DNA of 64,000 nt from an uncultured Candidatus Rokubacteria bacterium (GCA_963840495.1 CAWIZN010000047.1:5824-69823); one strand, 5' to 3'; numbered from the stretch's first letter, positions 16,637 to 29,918 are shown. The notes: generated from the sequence alone by a model not told the origin. A program made the numbers and translations.

Positions 16637-19600
16637 ATGTCGACGACTCCAGGTATGCCGGAGGCGCAGGGCCTGTACGATCCCGCTCACGAGCACGACG
16701 CCTGCGGCGTCGGCTTCGTCGTCGACATCAAGGGGCGAAAGTCGCACGCCATCGTGAGCCAGTCGCTCACCGTGCTCAAGAACCTCCTGCACCGCGGAGC
16801 CTGCGGGTGCGAGGTCAATACCGGGGATGGGGCGGGCATCACCATCCAGATGCCCCACGCGTTCCTGGCCCGCGAGTGCGGCCGGCTCGGCATCGCGCTT
16901 CCCGCCCCCGGCCACTATGGGGTCGGCCTGGTCTTCCTGCCGCGCGATCCCGCCCAGGCGGCCACCTGCCGGAGCATCCTCGAGCAGACCGTCTGCGAGG
17001 AGGGCCAGACCGTGCTCGGCTGGCGCGACGTGCCCACCGACGACTCCCCGATTGGACCGAGCGCCCGCGCAGCAGAACCGGTCATGGTGCAGGTCGTGAT
17101 CGGCCGGGGCGCGGCCGTGCCCGACCGGAGCGCCTTCGAGCGCAAGCTCTACGTGATCCGGAAGCGGACCGAGCACACCGTCCGCGGCAGCGACCTCTCG
17201 GAGCGGAAGTACTTCTACATCCCGAGCCTCTCCGCCAATACCCTCATCTACAAGGGCATGCTGTCGGCCGACCAGATCGAGACCATGTTCCCGGACGTGA
17301 TGGACCCGCTCGTCGAGTCAGCATTGGCCCTGGTCCACCAGCGCTTCTCGACCAATACGTTCCCGTCCTGGCCGCTCGCGCATCCGTATCGCTACATCGC
17401 CCACAACGGCGAGATCAACACGCTGCGCGGCAATATCAACTGGATGCGGGCGCGCGAGGCCCTCTGCCGCTCGCGCCTCCTCGGCGACGACCTCAAGCGG
17501 ATCCTGCCCATCGTGGTCGAGGGCGGCAGCGACTCCGCCGTCTTCGACAACGTGCTCGAGTTCCTCGTGATGGCGGGTCGGCCCCTGCCCTTGGCCGTGC
17601 TGATGATGATTCCCGAGGCGTGGAGCGGGCACGAGTCCATGGAGGAGGAGCGGCGGGCCTTCTACGAGTACCACGGCTGCCTCATGGAGCCCTGGGACGG
17701 GCCCGCGTCCATCGCGTTCACCGACGGCACCGTGATCGGCGCCGTGCTCGACCGAAACGGGCTGCGCCCCTCGCGCTACTACGTCACCAAGGACGGGATG
17801 GTCGTGATGGCCTCCGAGGTCGGGGTCCTCGACATCCCGGCCGAGCGCGTCCTGCTCAAGGAGCGCCTCCATCCCGGACGCATCTTCCTCGTCGACACCG
17901 CGAAGGGCCGCATCATCGACGACGCGGAGCTGAAGCACACGTACGCGACGCAACATCCCTACGGCGAGTGGCTGAAGGCGTATCTCAAGCCGATCGAGAG
18001 CCTGCCCGAGCCGCCCTCGGTCCCGGAGCCCGATCACGAGACGGTGCTCGAGCGCCAGCTCGCCTTCGGCTACACGCACGAGGATCTGCGCATCCTCCTC
18101 GGGCCCATGGCGGTGAACGGCGAGGAGCCCGTGGGCTCCATGGGCACCGATACCTCGCTCGCCGTGCTGTCGAACCGGCCGCGATTGCTCTACGACTACT
18201 TCAAGCAGCTCTTCGCCCAGGTCACCAATCCGCCGCTCGACGGCATCCGCGAGGAGCTGGTGACGCAGATCGCGACGACGATCGGGCCCGAGGGCAATCT
18301 CCTCGAGCCGACGCCCGACGCCTGCCGACAGCTCAAGCTCAAGACCCCGATCCTGCACAACGAGGAGCTGGCGCGGATCCGCCACGTGAACCTGCCGGGC
18401 TTCAAGGCGGCCACCGTCTCCATGCTCTTCCCTGTCGCCGACGGTGCGGTCGGCCTCGCGCGCGCCATGGCCGAGCTCTGCCGCCAGGCGAGCCAGGCCG
18501 TCGCCGACGGCCATAGCTATCCTCATCATGTCGGACCGGGGCGTGGATGCCGAGCACGCGCCGATCCCGGCGCTCCTCGCGACCTCGGGCGTGCATCATC
18601 ACCTGATCCGCGAAGGCAACCGGGTGCGCGTCGGCCTCATCATCGAGACGGGCGAGGCGCGCGAGGTGCATCACATGGCCCTGCTCCTGGGCTACGGCGC
18701 CGGCGCCATCAACCCCTATCTCGCCTTCGAGACCCTCGACGACATGATCCGCCAGGGACTGCTCCCCGGCCTCGATCACGCGGCCGCGCTCAAGAACTAC
18801 GTCAAGGCGCTCAACAAGGGGATCCTCAAGGTCATCTCGAAGATGGGGATCTCCACCATCCAGTCGTACCGAGGCGCCCAGATCTTCGAGGCGATCGGCC
18901 TCGACAAGGAGTTCGTCGACCGGTACTTCACCTGGACGGCCTCGCGCATCGGCGGGGTCGGGATCGACATGGCCGCGCGGGAGACGCTCTTGCGGCATCA
19001 GCGGGCCTTCCCGGACCGGCCGGTCGGCGCCGCCGAGCTCGACTGGGGCGGCGAGTACCAGTGGCGCCGCGACGGGGAGTATCACCTGTTCAATCCCGAG
19101 ACGGTGTTCAAGCTCCAGCACGCCTCGCGCAGCGGCCAGTACGGGGTGTTCAAGGAATACACGGCGCTCGTCGACGCCCAGAACACGAACCATGCGACCC
19201 TCCGGGGGCTCTTCGAATTCAAGTGGGCGCGGGAGGCGGTCCCGCTCGACGAGGTGGAGCCCGTCGAGTCCATCCTCCGTCGCTTCGCCACGGGCGCCAT
19301 GTCCTACGGCTCCATCAGCCTCGAGGCCCACGAGACGCTCGCCATCGCCATGAACCGGATGGGCGGCAAGTCGAACACCGGCGAGGGCGGCGAGGATCCG
19401 GCGCGCTATCAGCGGGATGCCAACGGCGACGAGCGGCGCAGCGCGATCAAGCAGGTGGCCTCCGGACGCTTTGGCGTCACCAGCGAGTACCTCGTCAATG
19501 CGGACGACCTGCAGATCAAGATGGCCCAGGGCGCCAAGCCCGGCGAGGGAGGCCAGCTCCCCGGGCACAAGGTCTACCCGTGGATCGCCAAGGTGCGCTA

Positions 19601-21205
19601 CTCGACGCCCGGCGTGGGGCTGATCTCCCCGCCCCCGCACCACGACATCTACTCGATCGAGGACCTGGCGCAGCTCATCCACGATCTCAAGAACGCCAAC
19701 CCGCGCGCGCGCATCAGCGTCAAGCTCGTCTCCGAGGTCGGTGTCGGCACCGTCGCCGCGGGCGTGGCGAAGGCGCACTCCGACGTGGTCCTGATCTCGG
19801 GGCATGACGGCGGCACCGGGGCCTCGCCGCTGACGTCCATCAAGCACGGGGGCACGCCGTGGGAGCTCGGCCTCGCCGAGACGCAGCAGGTGCTCGTGAT
19901 GAACAAGCTCCGCGACCGCATCATCGTGCAGACCGACGGGCAGATGAAGACGGGGCGTGACGTGGTCATCGCGGCGCTCCTGGGGGCGGAGGAGTACGGC
20001 TTCTCGACCGGCCCCCTCGTCGTGATGGGCTGCATCATGATGCGGGTCTGCCACCTGAACACGTGCCCGGTCGGCGTCGCCACCCAGGATCCGCAGCTCC
20101 GCGCGAAGTTCACGGGCAAGCCCGAGTTCGTCGAGAACTTCTTCCGCTTCGTCGCCGAAGAGGTCCGCGAGCTCATGGGCCGGCTCGGATTCCGGACCAT
20201 GGACGAGATGATCGGGCGGGTGGACCTCCTGGAGGTCAAGGCCGCGGTGGATCACTGGAAGGCGCGGGGCCTCGACTTCTCGAGCATTCTCTACCGGCCG
20301 CAGGTGGGCCCCGACGTCGCGGTGCGCCGGGTGATCGAGCAGGACCACGGCCTCGACCTGTCGCTCGACATGACCGCGCTCCTGCCCATGTGCCAGACCG
20401 CCCTCGAGAAGAAGGAGCCGGTGGACATCCGGCTGCCCATCAGGAACGTCAACCGGACGGTGGGGACCATCCTGGGCTCGGAGGTGACACGGCGCCACGG
20501 GCCTGTCGGACTGCCCGATGACACGATCCGCGTTCAGTTCACCGGCTCCGCGGGTCAGAGCTTCGGGGCCTTCCTGCCGCGCGGCATCACCCTGACGCTC
20601 GAGGGCGACGCCAATGACTATGTCGGCAAGGGCCTGTCGGGAGGCAAGATCATCGTGTTCCCACCCCACGACGCGACCTTCGTCGCCGAGGACAATATCC
20701 TCATTGGCAATGTGGCGCTCTACGGGGCGACGAGCGGTGAGGCGTATTTTCGCGGGGTCGCGGGCGAGCGCTTCGCGGTCAGGAACAGCGGCGCGCTCGC
20801 GGTGGTCGAGGGCGTGGGCGACCACGCCTGCGAGTACATGACCGGCGGGCGCGTCGTGGTCATCGGCGGAACCGGCCGCAATTTCGCCGCGGGCATGTCC
20901 GGCGGCATCGCCTACGTCCTCGACGAGGACGGCTCCTTCCCGCGGCGCACCAACCTCGGGATGGTCGACCTCGAGGCCGTCGTCGACACCGCGGACGTGG
21001 AGATGGTCAAGGATCTGCTCTCGCGCCACATCCGCTATACCCATAGCCCGGTGGCCGCCCGCCTGCTCGTCGACTGGGCGCGCAGCCGGGAAAGTTCGTC
21101 AAGGTGATCCCGAAGGACTACAAGCGCGTCCTCGCCGTCATCAAGAAGGCGCGGGAGACCGGCGTGCCCGAGGACGAGGCGGTGATGGCGAGCATCAATG
21201 GATAG
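16637..21205 (+). CDS. gltB: glutamate synthase large subunit (indels near 18516-18520 and 21086-21092)
   Basis: Starts [28 protein letters not shown] (amidotransferase Cys). Carries the FMN/Fe-S motifs ...GEGGEDP...[16 protein letters not shown]...[19 protein letters not shown]. The last ~40 aa ([14 protein letters not shown]...) are in another frame and end at TAG 21203-21205. Confidence 0.95.
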
Positions 21206-21222
21206 ATTCAGGGATAGCTTCG

Positions 21223-22670
21223 ATGGGTAAGGTCACCGGGTTCATCGAGTTCAAGCGGGACAAGCAGCCGTACCGGCCCGTCGCGGAGCGCCGGCAGGAC
21301 TGGCATCAGGTGATGCTCCCCTGGCCCGTCGACAAGCTCCAGAAGCAGGGGGCGCGGTGCATGGACTGCGGCATCCCCTTCTGCCACCAGGGCTGCCCGC
21401 TCGGCAACCTCATCCCCGACTGGAACGACCTCGTCTACCGGGACCGCTGGCACGAGGCCATCGACCGGCTGCACGCCACCAATAACTTCCCCGAGTTCAC
21501 GGGGACGCTGTGCCCCGCGCCCTGCGAGGGCTCCTGTGTCCTCGGCATCAACGACGATCCGGTGACCATCAAGGGGATCGAGCTCACCATCGTCGATCAC
21601 GCCTTCGCGCAGGGCTGGATCGGGCCGGAGCCGCCGGAGGTGCGGACGGGCAAGAAGGTGGCGGTCATCGGCTCGGGTCCCGCGGGACTCGCCGCCGCCC
21701 AGCAGCTCAACCGCGCCGGCCACTGGGTGACCGTGCTCGAGCGGGACGATCGCATCGGCGGGCTGCTCCGCTACGGCATCCCCGAGTTCAAGATGGAAAA
21801 GCGCGTGCTCGACCGGCGACTCGACCAGATGAGCGCCGAGGGCGTGCGCTTCGAGACGGGCCGCCACGTCGGCGTGAACGTGGCCGTCGAGGATCTCCGG
21901 CACCAGTTCGACGCGCTCCTCCTCACGGGGGGGCGACCGCGCCGCGGGATCTTCCCATCCCCGGCCGCGAGCTCGCCGGGGTTCACTTCGCCATGGAATA
22001 CCTGACGCTTCAGAATCGCCGCTGCGCGGGCGACGGGATCGCCGACGACCGGTTCATCAGCGCCTTGGGCAAGCCCGTCGTGATCATCGGCGGCGGCGAC
22101 ACGGGGGCCGACTGCCTGGGCACCGCGCATCGTCAGGGCGCGCGCTCGATCCACCAGTTCGAGATCCTCCCGCGGCCGCCCGACCAGCGCGCGTCCGACA
22201 ATCCCTGGCCGCAGTGGCCCAACGTGTACCGCGTCTCCTCCGCCCACGAGGAGGGCGGCGAGCGCGTGTACGCCGTCTCGACCAAGCGGTTCGTCGGAGA
22301 CGCTCACGGCCGGCTGGCCGCCCTGGAAGTCGTCCGGGTCGAGATGGTGAGGGACGCGGGGCGGATGTCCTTCGCGGAGGTGCCGGGCTCGGAGTTCACC
22401 CTGCCGTGCGAGCTGGCGCTCCTCGCGATGGGCTTCGTCGGCCCCGAGCGGCCGGGCATGCTCGCCGCACTCGACGTGAAGCTGACCGACCGCGGCAATG
22501 TCCGGCGAGACGAGAACTGGATGACGAGCGTGCCGGGCGTCTTCACCGCCGGCGACATGCAGCGCGGCCAGTCGCTGATCGTGTGGGCCATCGCCGAGGG
22601 CCGGAGCGCCGCCCAGGGGGTCGATCGCTATCTCATGGGCCGCTCGGATCTCCCCGCGCCCGTGTCGTGA
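21223..22670 (+). CDS. gltD: glutamate synthase small subunit (indel in the G-run 21927-21933)
   Basis: Motifs: ARCMDCGIPFCHQGCPLGNLIP and VAVIGSGPAGLAAAQQL. The second half is in ORF 21510..22670 and reads ...VVIIGGGDTGADC...GVFTAGD. The frames join at LLLTGG|ATAPRDLPIPG. Confidence 0.95.
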
Positions 22671-22808
22671 CCCGCGGCCCGAGGCCCCTCGAGAACGCTC
22701 GCGAGGAGCCAGCTGCGACGGCAGCGCCCGCAGGCTGCACGCGCGGCGAGTCGCTCTCCGTTGAGCGTGCGCCGAGGGCGCTCGAGGCCGTGAGGCCCCT
22801 TCGATGAT

Positions 22809-23549
<741 letters not shown>

Positions 23550-23706
23550 CAGTGAGGTCCTCGGCGCCTCCGAGACTACCAGCCGCGCCGCCGACGGGCA
23601 ACCGTACGCCAGGCCGGCGGGGACCATCGGTCTGCTACACTGACGGGGTCTGCGGGGCGAGTCCTGCATCGATTCCCGCGAGTGCCGACTCCTAAGGGGT
23701 GACATC

Positions 23707-26134
23707 ATGAACGGTTCAGGCACGTCCTCATCGGAACTGCTCTCGGCGCTGACCTCGCTGGGCTGGGCGTTCCCCTTCGAACGGGAGCTGAGCCTCCGCC
23801 CGCTCATCGCGTTCTGGGAGGAGACGATTGCCCCCGAGAACTCGATCCGCGGCCGCCTCGCCCGTGACCTCCAGGAGGAGGTGCGCCGGGCGCCCGAGCT
23901 GTCGGGCCCCATCAATGACCTCTCGGTGCTCACGCGACACCACGAGCTCGTCGATGCCCTGATGGCCGCCGTGTTTCCGACCGTCTCGTGGCAACAGGAC
24001 CATGCCGCCGCGCTGATCCCATTCGAGCTCCGGAGCTTCTACGCGACCCCCTCGTTCGAGCGCGACCTGACGGGCGCCGACGGAAAGCTCCAGGGGCGCC
24101 TGAGCGTCGACAAGGAGGCCATTGCGCGGTTCCGGCTCCTGAACGCCTATTCCCTCGCGCTGGCCCGGATCTACGGGATCTCGTTCCCGGTGGACTACCC
24201 CATCATCTTCACCGTCGAGGATCGGGAGACGGGGCTCGATCGGCACTTCAAGATCGGATTCGAGGGGCGCTTCATCGACGTCGAGCCGGCGGGGACCCTG
24301 CCCGCACTCGCCCCGGACGTGCGCGCCCGCCTCGAGGCCCGCGCCGGGGACTTCCAGGCGCTCGCCGCCGTGTTCCCGCCGGGCAGCGTCAGATTCCGCG
24401 GCTTCACGGTGTTCCGGGCGCTGGACGTCACGGATCAGGAAGTGCTCTCGAGCCTCAAGCGCGACCTGATCGACAAGGAGTCGATCGTCTCCAGCGCGCG
24501 CTTCGACACCCTCCAGACGCGGCTCCAGACGCTCCTGCGCCGGCCCGACCTTCGCCTCGGCCTGGCCGCCATCGAGGGCGATCGCGTGCTCGAGCTGAGC
24601 TCGGGGGCCTCGTGCGAACACCCATGCATCTTCGCGGACTCCGTGCACCGCACGCTGTCCGACTACGTGGGCTCGGTGTACCACCGCGCCTCGATCGAGG
24701 GCAAGCCCCTGTTCATCGAGGACCTCGCTGCCTATCCGGACCGGACGGCCATCGAACAGAACATGCTGGACAATGGCGTCCGGAGCCTCGTGGTCTCGCC
24801 GCTCCACTACCAGGACGCCACGATCGGCACGCTCCTCCTCACGTCACCCCGCCCCGGCGATCTCAACTCGCTGCAGGCGCCGCGAATCCACGAGGTGCTT
24901 CCGCTCTTTTCCATGGCCGTCAAGCGCAGCGCGGACGAGCTGGACATGCGGGTGCAGGCGTTCATCAAGGAGAAGTGCACGGCCATCCATCCCGTCGTCG
25001 AGTGGCGCTTCCGCAAGGCGGTCTTCGACGGCCTCGAGCGCACCGTGCTGAATGCGACCGCTTCGCCGTCGGAGATGGAGGCCATCGTCTTTTCCGACGT
25101 CTATCCGCTCTACGCGATCGCCGACATCCGCGGCTCGTCCACGCAGCGGTCCGCGGCCATCCAGGCCGACCTCCTCGCCCAGCTCGCGCTCGCCCGGGAC
25201 GTCCTCCGCGCCGCCCACGATGCGCGACCGTTGCCGATTCTCGACCAGCTCACCCATCGCATCGACACGTACTCCCCCGATATCGGGGTGAGCCTCCGGA
25301 GCGGCGACGAGATGGCCATCATCGGCTTCCTCCGGACGGAGATCGAGGCGCGCTTCGACCATCTTCAGGGCTTCGGCACCGCGCGTCCGCGAGCGCATCG
25401 AGGCGTACCGTCGCGCCGTCGATCCACGCGTGGGCGCCATCTACGCCAAGCGCCGGGACTTCGACGAGAGCGTGACGCGGATCACCGAGGCGATCTCCTC
25501 GTACATCGATCTCGAGGAACAGGCCGCTCAGGCGATGTATCCGCACTACTTCGAGAAGCAGCAGACGGATGGCGTGGACTACAGCATCTACGTGGGCGGG
25601 TCCTTGCTGGAGGAAGGCGGCTTCGACCCGCTGTACTTGAAGAATCTCCGGCTGTGGCAGCTCATGGTCGCCTGCGGCGTCGCGATCCGGGCGGAGCGGC
25701 TGAAGGACCAGCTGGCCACCCCGCTCGAGGTGACCAACCTCATCCTCGTCCAGCACGCTCCGCTCTCCATCCGCTTCCGGTTCGACGAGAAGCGCTTCGA
25801 CGTCGACGGGGCGTACAACGTGCGCTACGAGATCATCAAGAAGCGAATCGACAAGGCGGTCATCCGCGGAACGGCCGAGCGGCTCACCCAGCCGGGCCAG
25901 GTCGCGCTCGTGTACTCCCACCCGAGCGAGGCGCACGAGTGGCGGGAGTACATCGACTACTTGCAGACGCTCGGGTACTTGACGCGCGACGTGGAAGAGC
26001 TCGAGCTCGAGGAGCTCCCGGGCGCCCAGGGCCTGCGCGCCCTGCGCGTGAGAGTGGACACCAGCCACGGAGACGTGAATACTCGGGCGTCCCTCGCGGC
26101 CCGCCCCGCGGCCGAGCCCGCCCGCGCCTCCTGA
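23707..26134 (+). CDS. large (~808 aa) GAF-domain protein of unknown function (indel near 25381-25386)
   Basis: ORF 23707.. continues in the ORF 25430..26134 frame at ...GFGTA|VRERIEAYRRAVDPRVGAIYAKRRDF. The central GAF-like segment is ...FIEDLAAYPDRTAIEQNMLDNGVRSLVVSPLHYQDATIGTLLLTS. I do not recognise the N- or C-terminal regions. Confidence 0.75.
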
Positions 26135-26163
26135 CGGGCGCCCTCCCGAGGGGACGGGCGCGG

Positions 26164-27206
26164 CTACCCGCCGCGCGTGTGCATCTCGAGGTGGGGATCG
26201 CGCTTCAGCTCGCCGATCTGAATGAGCGGGCGGCGCTCGGTCGTCCCCGTCGCAAGGCGGGCCTCGGCGCCCCGGTCGGTACGGCGCCCCCACGAGCCCG
26301 CGATCAGCTCCCCGAGCGCCTCACGGCTCGCACCACCCCGCAGCGCCTCGCCCAGATCGAGGCCAGCTTTCGCGTAGAGGCACAGGTACCACATGCCGTC
26401 GGCGGTGAGGCGGCTCCGGTCGCAGGATTGGCAGAAGGGCTGCGTGGTCGACGCGATGATGCCGAAGACCGTCCCGTCCGGCAGGCGGAAGCGCTCCGCG
26501 GGAGCTGAGCCGCCGTCCCGGATGGACTCGATCGTCCCGTAGCGCGCTCCGAGGACACGCAGCATCTCGGCCCGCGAGACCACCTGGTCCATGGACCACG
26601 CGGTGGCGCCACCCACGTCCATGTATTCGATGAATCGCACCTCGCCGTCCACCCGGCGCCCATACTCGATCAGGTCCACCAGCTCGTCGTCATTGACGCC
26701 TCGGATCACCACCGTGTCGATCTTGAGCCCCGGCCAGCCCGCCTCGCGGACGGCGGCGATCCCCTCGAGCACGCGCGCGTGGGTATCGCGCCGTGTGAGA
26801 GCCCTGAACCGCTCGGGACGGAGGGTGTCGAGGCTGACGGTGACCCGGCCGAGTCCGGCGCTTCGAAGCGCCGGCGCGTGCTCGGCGAGGAGGACCCCGT
26901 TGGTGGTCATGGCGAGGTCGGCGAGCCCGGGGCGCGCGGCGAGCATCGCGACGAGCCGGGGCAGGTCCTTTCTCGAAGAAGCGGCTCGCCCCCGGTGAGG
27001 CGCACCTTGTCCACGCCGAGCTCGACGAATACGTCGACGAGCTGGCCGATCTCCTCGAACGAGAGGATGTCCTCCCGAGGCAGCCAGGCGTACTCCTCTT
27101 CCGGCATGCAATAGTTGCAGCGCAGGTTGCACCGGTCCGTCACGGAGATGCGCAGATTCCGGAGGCGACGCCCGAACTGGTCGACGATCACGGCAGGCTC
27201 GGTCAC
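26164..27206 (-). CDS. moaA: GTP 3',8-cyclase MoaA (radical SAM; indel near 26969-26980)
   Basis: Reads [18 protein letters not shown] (CxxxCxxC), then ...LTGGEPLL|RKDLPRLV, with the C-terminal motif ...[14 protein letters not shown]. Its GTG start overlaps the Rieske gene stop (GTGA). Confidence 0.9.
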
Positions 27207-27508
27207 GGCAGGTCGACGAAGATCTCGCCCTGCTCCACGGTCACGGGAAAGCAGGGCACGCGCACCGCGGGGTTATTGGCATTGGCGCCGCTCCTGACGT
27301 CCCAGCGCCAGCCATGCCAAGGACAGGCGACGAACGTGCCGTCGAGGTCGCCGTCCCCGAGCGGGCCGCCCCGGTGCGGGCAGCCATTGTCGACGGCGTA
27401 GAAGGCGCCGTCCACGTTGAAGAGCGCGAGAGCGTGGCCCTTCGCCTCGATGACGCGGCCCTCCCCCGCCGGCACATCCCCCGTCTGCGCGATGCGCACG
27501 CGTGCCAT
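27203..27508 (-). CDS. small Rieske [2Fe-2S] protein (NirD/ferredoxin-like)
   Basis: 101 aa, [15 protein letters not shown]..., with the Rieske motifs CPHRGGPL and CPWHGWRW. Confidence 0.85.
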   Translation of the reverse strand: MARVRIAQTGDVPAGEGRVIEAKGHALALFNVDGAFYAVDNGCPHRGGPLGDGDLDGTFVACPWHGWRWDVRSGANANNPAVRVPCFPVTVEQGEIFVDLP

Positions 27509-27516
27509 GCGTGCCC

Positions 27517-29223
27517 CTATACCGCGGCGGGCTCGCCGAGCCCGGCGCGCTGCCATTCCCGGAGCAGGCCGGTCTTGCGAACCCCGACGTCGAGGTGATC
27601 CCAGGGGAAGGTCTCCGACACGTCGCGGAGGCGGGTGTAGAACGCGGGATCGCCGTCCCATCCCCTGAGCGCGCGGCGCCAATCGCCGTCGAGATCGGCC
27701 GCCATCTCGATGAAGTCCGCGAGTCGACGGTCGCCGCGGGCGAGGAGGGCCTGGAGGCCCGCCTCCCGCGGGTTCTCGTGCACGACGCGGACCGAGAGCC
27801 GCCGCGCTCCCCGCTTGATGATCTCGAGCTTCTCCTCGAGGCTCCGGACGTCGTCGAACGCGGCCCACTGAAACGGCGTCCACGGCTTCGGCACGAACGA
27901 GGACACCGACAGCGTGAGCTTGCCGAACGGGTGGCCGTCCGGCCCGGGCACCCGGAGCCGCTCGAGCATGCGCTCGGCCAGGTCCGGGATGGCGGCGACG
28001 TCCTCGCGTGTCTCCGTGGGGAGGCCGATCATGAAGTAGCACTTGAGGTTGGGGATGCCGTATCGCCGGAGGAGATCGCACGCCGCGAAGAGCTGCTCGT
28101 CGCTGATGACCTTGCGCGTCACCTCGCGCAGCCGCTCGGTCCCGGCCTCGGGCGCCATGGTCAGCGTCCGGTGGCCCCCGCGCTGGAGCGACGCGACGAG
28201 GTCCTCGGTGAGGCTGTCCGCGCGCAGCGACGAGATCGAGACCTCGACGCCGTACTCGTCGAGGATCTTCATCAGGTCACCGATCCACGGGTAGTCCGAG
28301 ACGCACGCTCCGACCAGCCCGACGCGCTTGCCGCCGTTCTTGGCGATCTCCGCCACCGACGCGCGCAGCGAGTCGAGGCTCCGGTGACGGACGGGCCGGT
28401 AGACCTGGCCCTCGAGGCAGAATCGGCAACCGCGCCCGCAGCCTTTGCCGACTTCCAGGAGCTCCATGTGCCCGTACTCGGCCTTCGGCGTCTTCAAGCT
28501 GGACCGCGTCTCGAACCGATTGACGTCCTTGAGGCGGCGCTTGACGACCACGGCGGGCACGGACGCGTCGCCGGGTATCACGGAGTCGATCCGGCCATCG
28601 GCGGCGTAGGCCACGCCGTACGCGTCGGGCACGTAGACGCCGGCGAGGGGCTTCCAGCCCTCGATGACCCGGCGGCGGCGGGACTCGCCATCGCCGTCCT
28701 GGGCGACGCGATAGGCCTCGATGAGCTCGGTCACCGCCTCCTCGCCCTCACCCACCACGATCGCGTCCATGAACGGCGCCATCGGCTCGGGGTTGGAGAA
28801 GGCGCACACCCCACCCATCAGCACCACGGGGTCAGTAGGGCGCCGATCGGCGGCGCGCAACGGCAACCCGGCCATCCGCAAGAGCCGGGCGACGTTGATG
28901 TAGTCGCCCTCATACGTGATCGAGAAGCCGACGAGATCGAAGTCCGTCAGGGGACGCTGCGACTCGAGAGAAAACGGCGCCGTGCCCGTTCGCGCGTACT
29001 CGTCGACATCCTCGGGGTCGGGGAAGAACACCCGCTCGCACACGGCGTAGGGCAGGGTGTTGAGGTGCTCGTAGATCGTCTGGAAGCCGAGATTGGACAT
29101 CCCGACCGCATACGTATTCGGATAGACCAGCGCGACGGAGACGCGGCCGCCCCAATCCTTGCGGACCACCCCATCTTCCCCCTCGACGAGGGCCCGCGCC
29201 TTCTTCTTGAGCGGCCAGGACAT
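27517..29223 (-). CDS. B12-binding-domain-type radical SAM protein (TIGR03960-like)
   Basis: Intact 568 aa. The cluster motif is GCGRGCRFC, with an N-terminal Rossmann-like part before it (VALVYPNTY...VVGEGE). Confidence 0.8.
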   Translation of the reverse strand: MSWPLKKKARALVEGEDGVVRKDWGGRVSVALVYPNTYAVGMSNLGFQTIYEHLNTLPYAVCERVFFPDPEDVDEYARTGTAPFSLESQRPLTDFDLVGFSITYEGDYINVARLLRMAGLPLRAADRRPTDPVVLMGGVCAFSNPEPMAPFMDAIVVGEGEEAVTELIEAYRVAQDGDGESRRRRVIEGWKPLAGVYVPDAYGVAYAADGRIDSVIPGDASVPAVVVKRRLKDVNRFETRSSLKTPKAEYGHMELLEVGKGCGRGCRFCLEGQVYRPVRHRSLDSLRASVAEIAKNGGKRVGLVGACVSDYPWIGDLMKILDEYGVEVSISSLRADSLTEDLVASLQRGGHRTLTMAPEAGTERLREVTRKVISDEQLFAACDLLRRYGIPNLKCYFMIGLPTETREDVAAIPDLAERMLERLRVPGPDGHPFGKLTLSVSSFVPKPWTPFQWAAFDDVRSLEEKLEIIKRGARRLSVRVVHENPREAGLQALLARGDRRLADFIEMAADLDGDWRRALRGWDGDPAFYTRLRDVSETFPWDHLDVGVRKTGLLREWQRAGLGEPAAV

Positions 29224-29303
29224 GAAGTCAGTCTACCACCGGCGAATCAGGAGGCGCCGGATGACTCGGCGCGACGAGACGAGAGCCAGGCCTGGACGTG
29301 AGG

Positions 29304-29768
29304 TCAGACCCCCATGATCTGGATGTCGATGCTCCGCGAACGGGGCCCGTCGAGCTCGGCGAACAGGATGGACTGGAAGCGGCCGAGCGAGAGCTCGCCG
29401 CCGCTGATTCCCACGGCCACGCTCCGGCCGAGGAGGGCGGCCCGGAGGTGCGAAGAGGCGTTGCCGCGCTCGCAGTCGGAGAACCGCGGATCGTCGTGCT
29501 TGTACCCGCCATCCTCGGCGACCAGGCGATCGAGCATGGTCTTGAGATCCTCCACGAGGGCGCCCTGGAACTCGTTCACGAACAGCGCGCACGTCGTGTG
29601 GAGCGAATTGACCAGGAGGATGCCCTCCTTGACGTCGGCGCTCAGCATGATGTCGCGAATCTGCTTGGTGATGTCGAGGACCTGGGTACGCTTTTCGCTC
29701 AGCATCGTGAAGGTCTTCCGGACCACCTTCAAGGTCTGCACGTCGCTCCCTCCCTGGCCCCGGGCCAT
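29304..29768 (-). CDS. yjbQ: YjbQ/UPF0047-family protein
   Basis: 154 aa from MARGQGG.... Motifs: ...LLVNSLHTTCALFVNE...GNASSHLRAALLG.S....G.L.LG.FQ.I.F.E.DGPR.R. Confidence 0.8.
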   Translation of the reverse strand: MARGQGGSDVQTLKVVRKTFTMLSEKRTQVLDITKQIRDIMLSADVKEGILLVNSLHTTCALFVNEFQGALVEDLKTMLDRLVAEDGGYKHDDPRFSDCERGNASSHLRAALLGRSVAVGISGGELSLGRFQSILFAELDGPRSRSIDIQIMGV

Positions 29769-29805
29769 TGGCCATGGCCCCCGATTTGAACTGCATCTCT
29801 GCCCA

Positions 29806-29894
29806 TGGTGCCGAGGGGGGGAATCGAACCCCCACGGCCCTCGCGGACCAGCGGATTTTAAGTCCGCTGCGTCTCCCAGTTCCGCCACCCCGGC
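29806..29894 (-). tRNA. tRNA-Leu(TAA), CCA encoded
   Basis: The reverse complement is GCCGGGGTGGCGGAACTGGGAGACGCAGCGGACTTAAAATCCGCTGGTCCGCGAGGGCCGTGGGGGTTCGATTCCCCCCCTCGGCACCA. It folds by hand into a cloverleaf with a long variable arm, anticodon loop CTTAAAA and a TTCGATT T-loop. Confidence 0.93.
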
Positions 29895-29918
29895 CCAATC
29901 ACCGCCGTCCGAGGCATA

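Noticed and set aside
15476-17176. 566-aa minus-strand ORF spanning the kor promoter, lysR and the gltB 5' end.
   Set aside because: Only a short segment of it (VNLDTLQLYCDVVRLRSFSRGAAAHGISQSAASQS) is meaningful, and that is the frameshifted LysR HTH. The rest is antisense to gltB or out of frame.
22671-22808. Direct repeats of GAGGCCCCT and partial palindromes between the convergent gltD and the cld-like gene, considered as a structured element.
   Set aside because: The repeats are short (9 nt) and the possible stems have at most 4-6 bp with mismatches. This is most simply a weak bidirectional terminator region and is not distinctive enough to report.
25090-25140. A class III nucleotidyl cyclase domain in the GAF protein, based on YAIADIRGSS.
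   Set aside because: This is a single short resemblance to FADIxGFT. I see no second metal-binding Asp (IGDA-type) motif or transition-state residues at the expected spacing.
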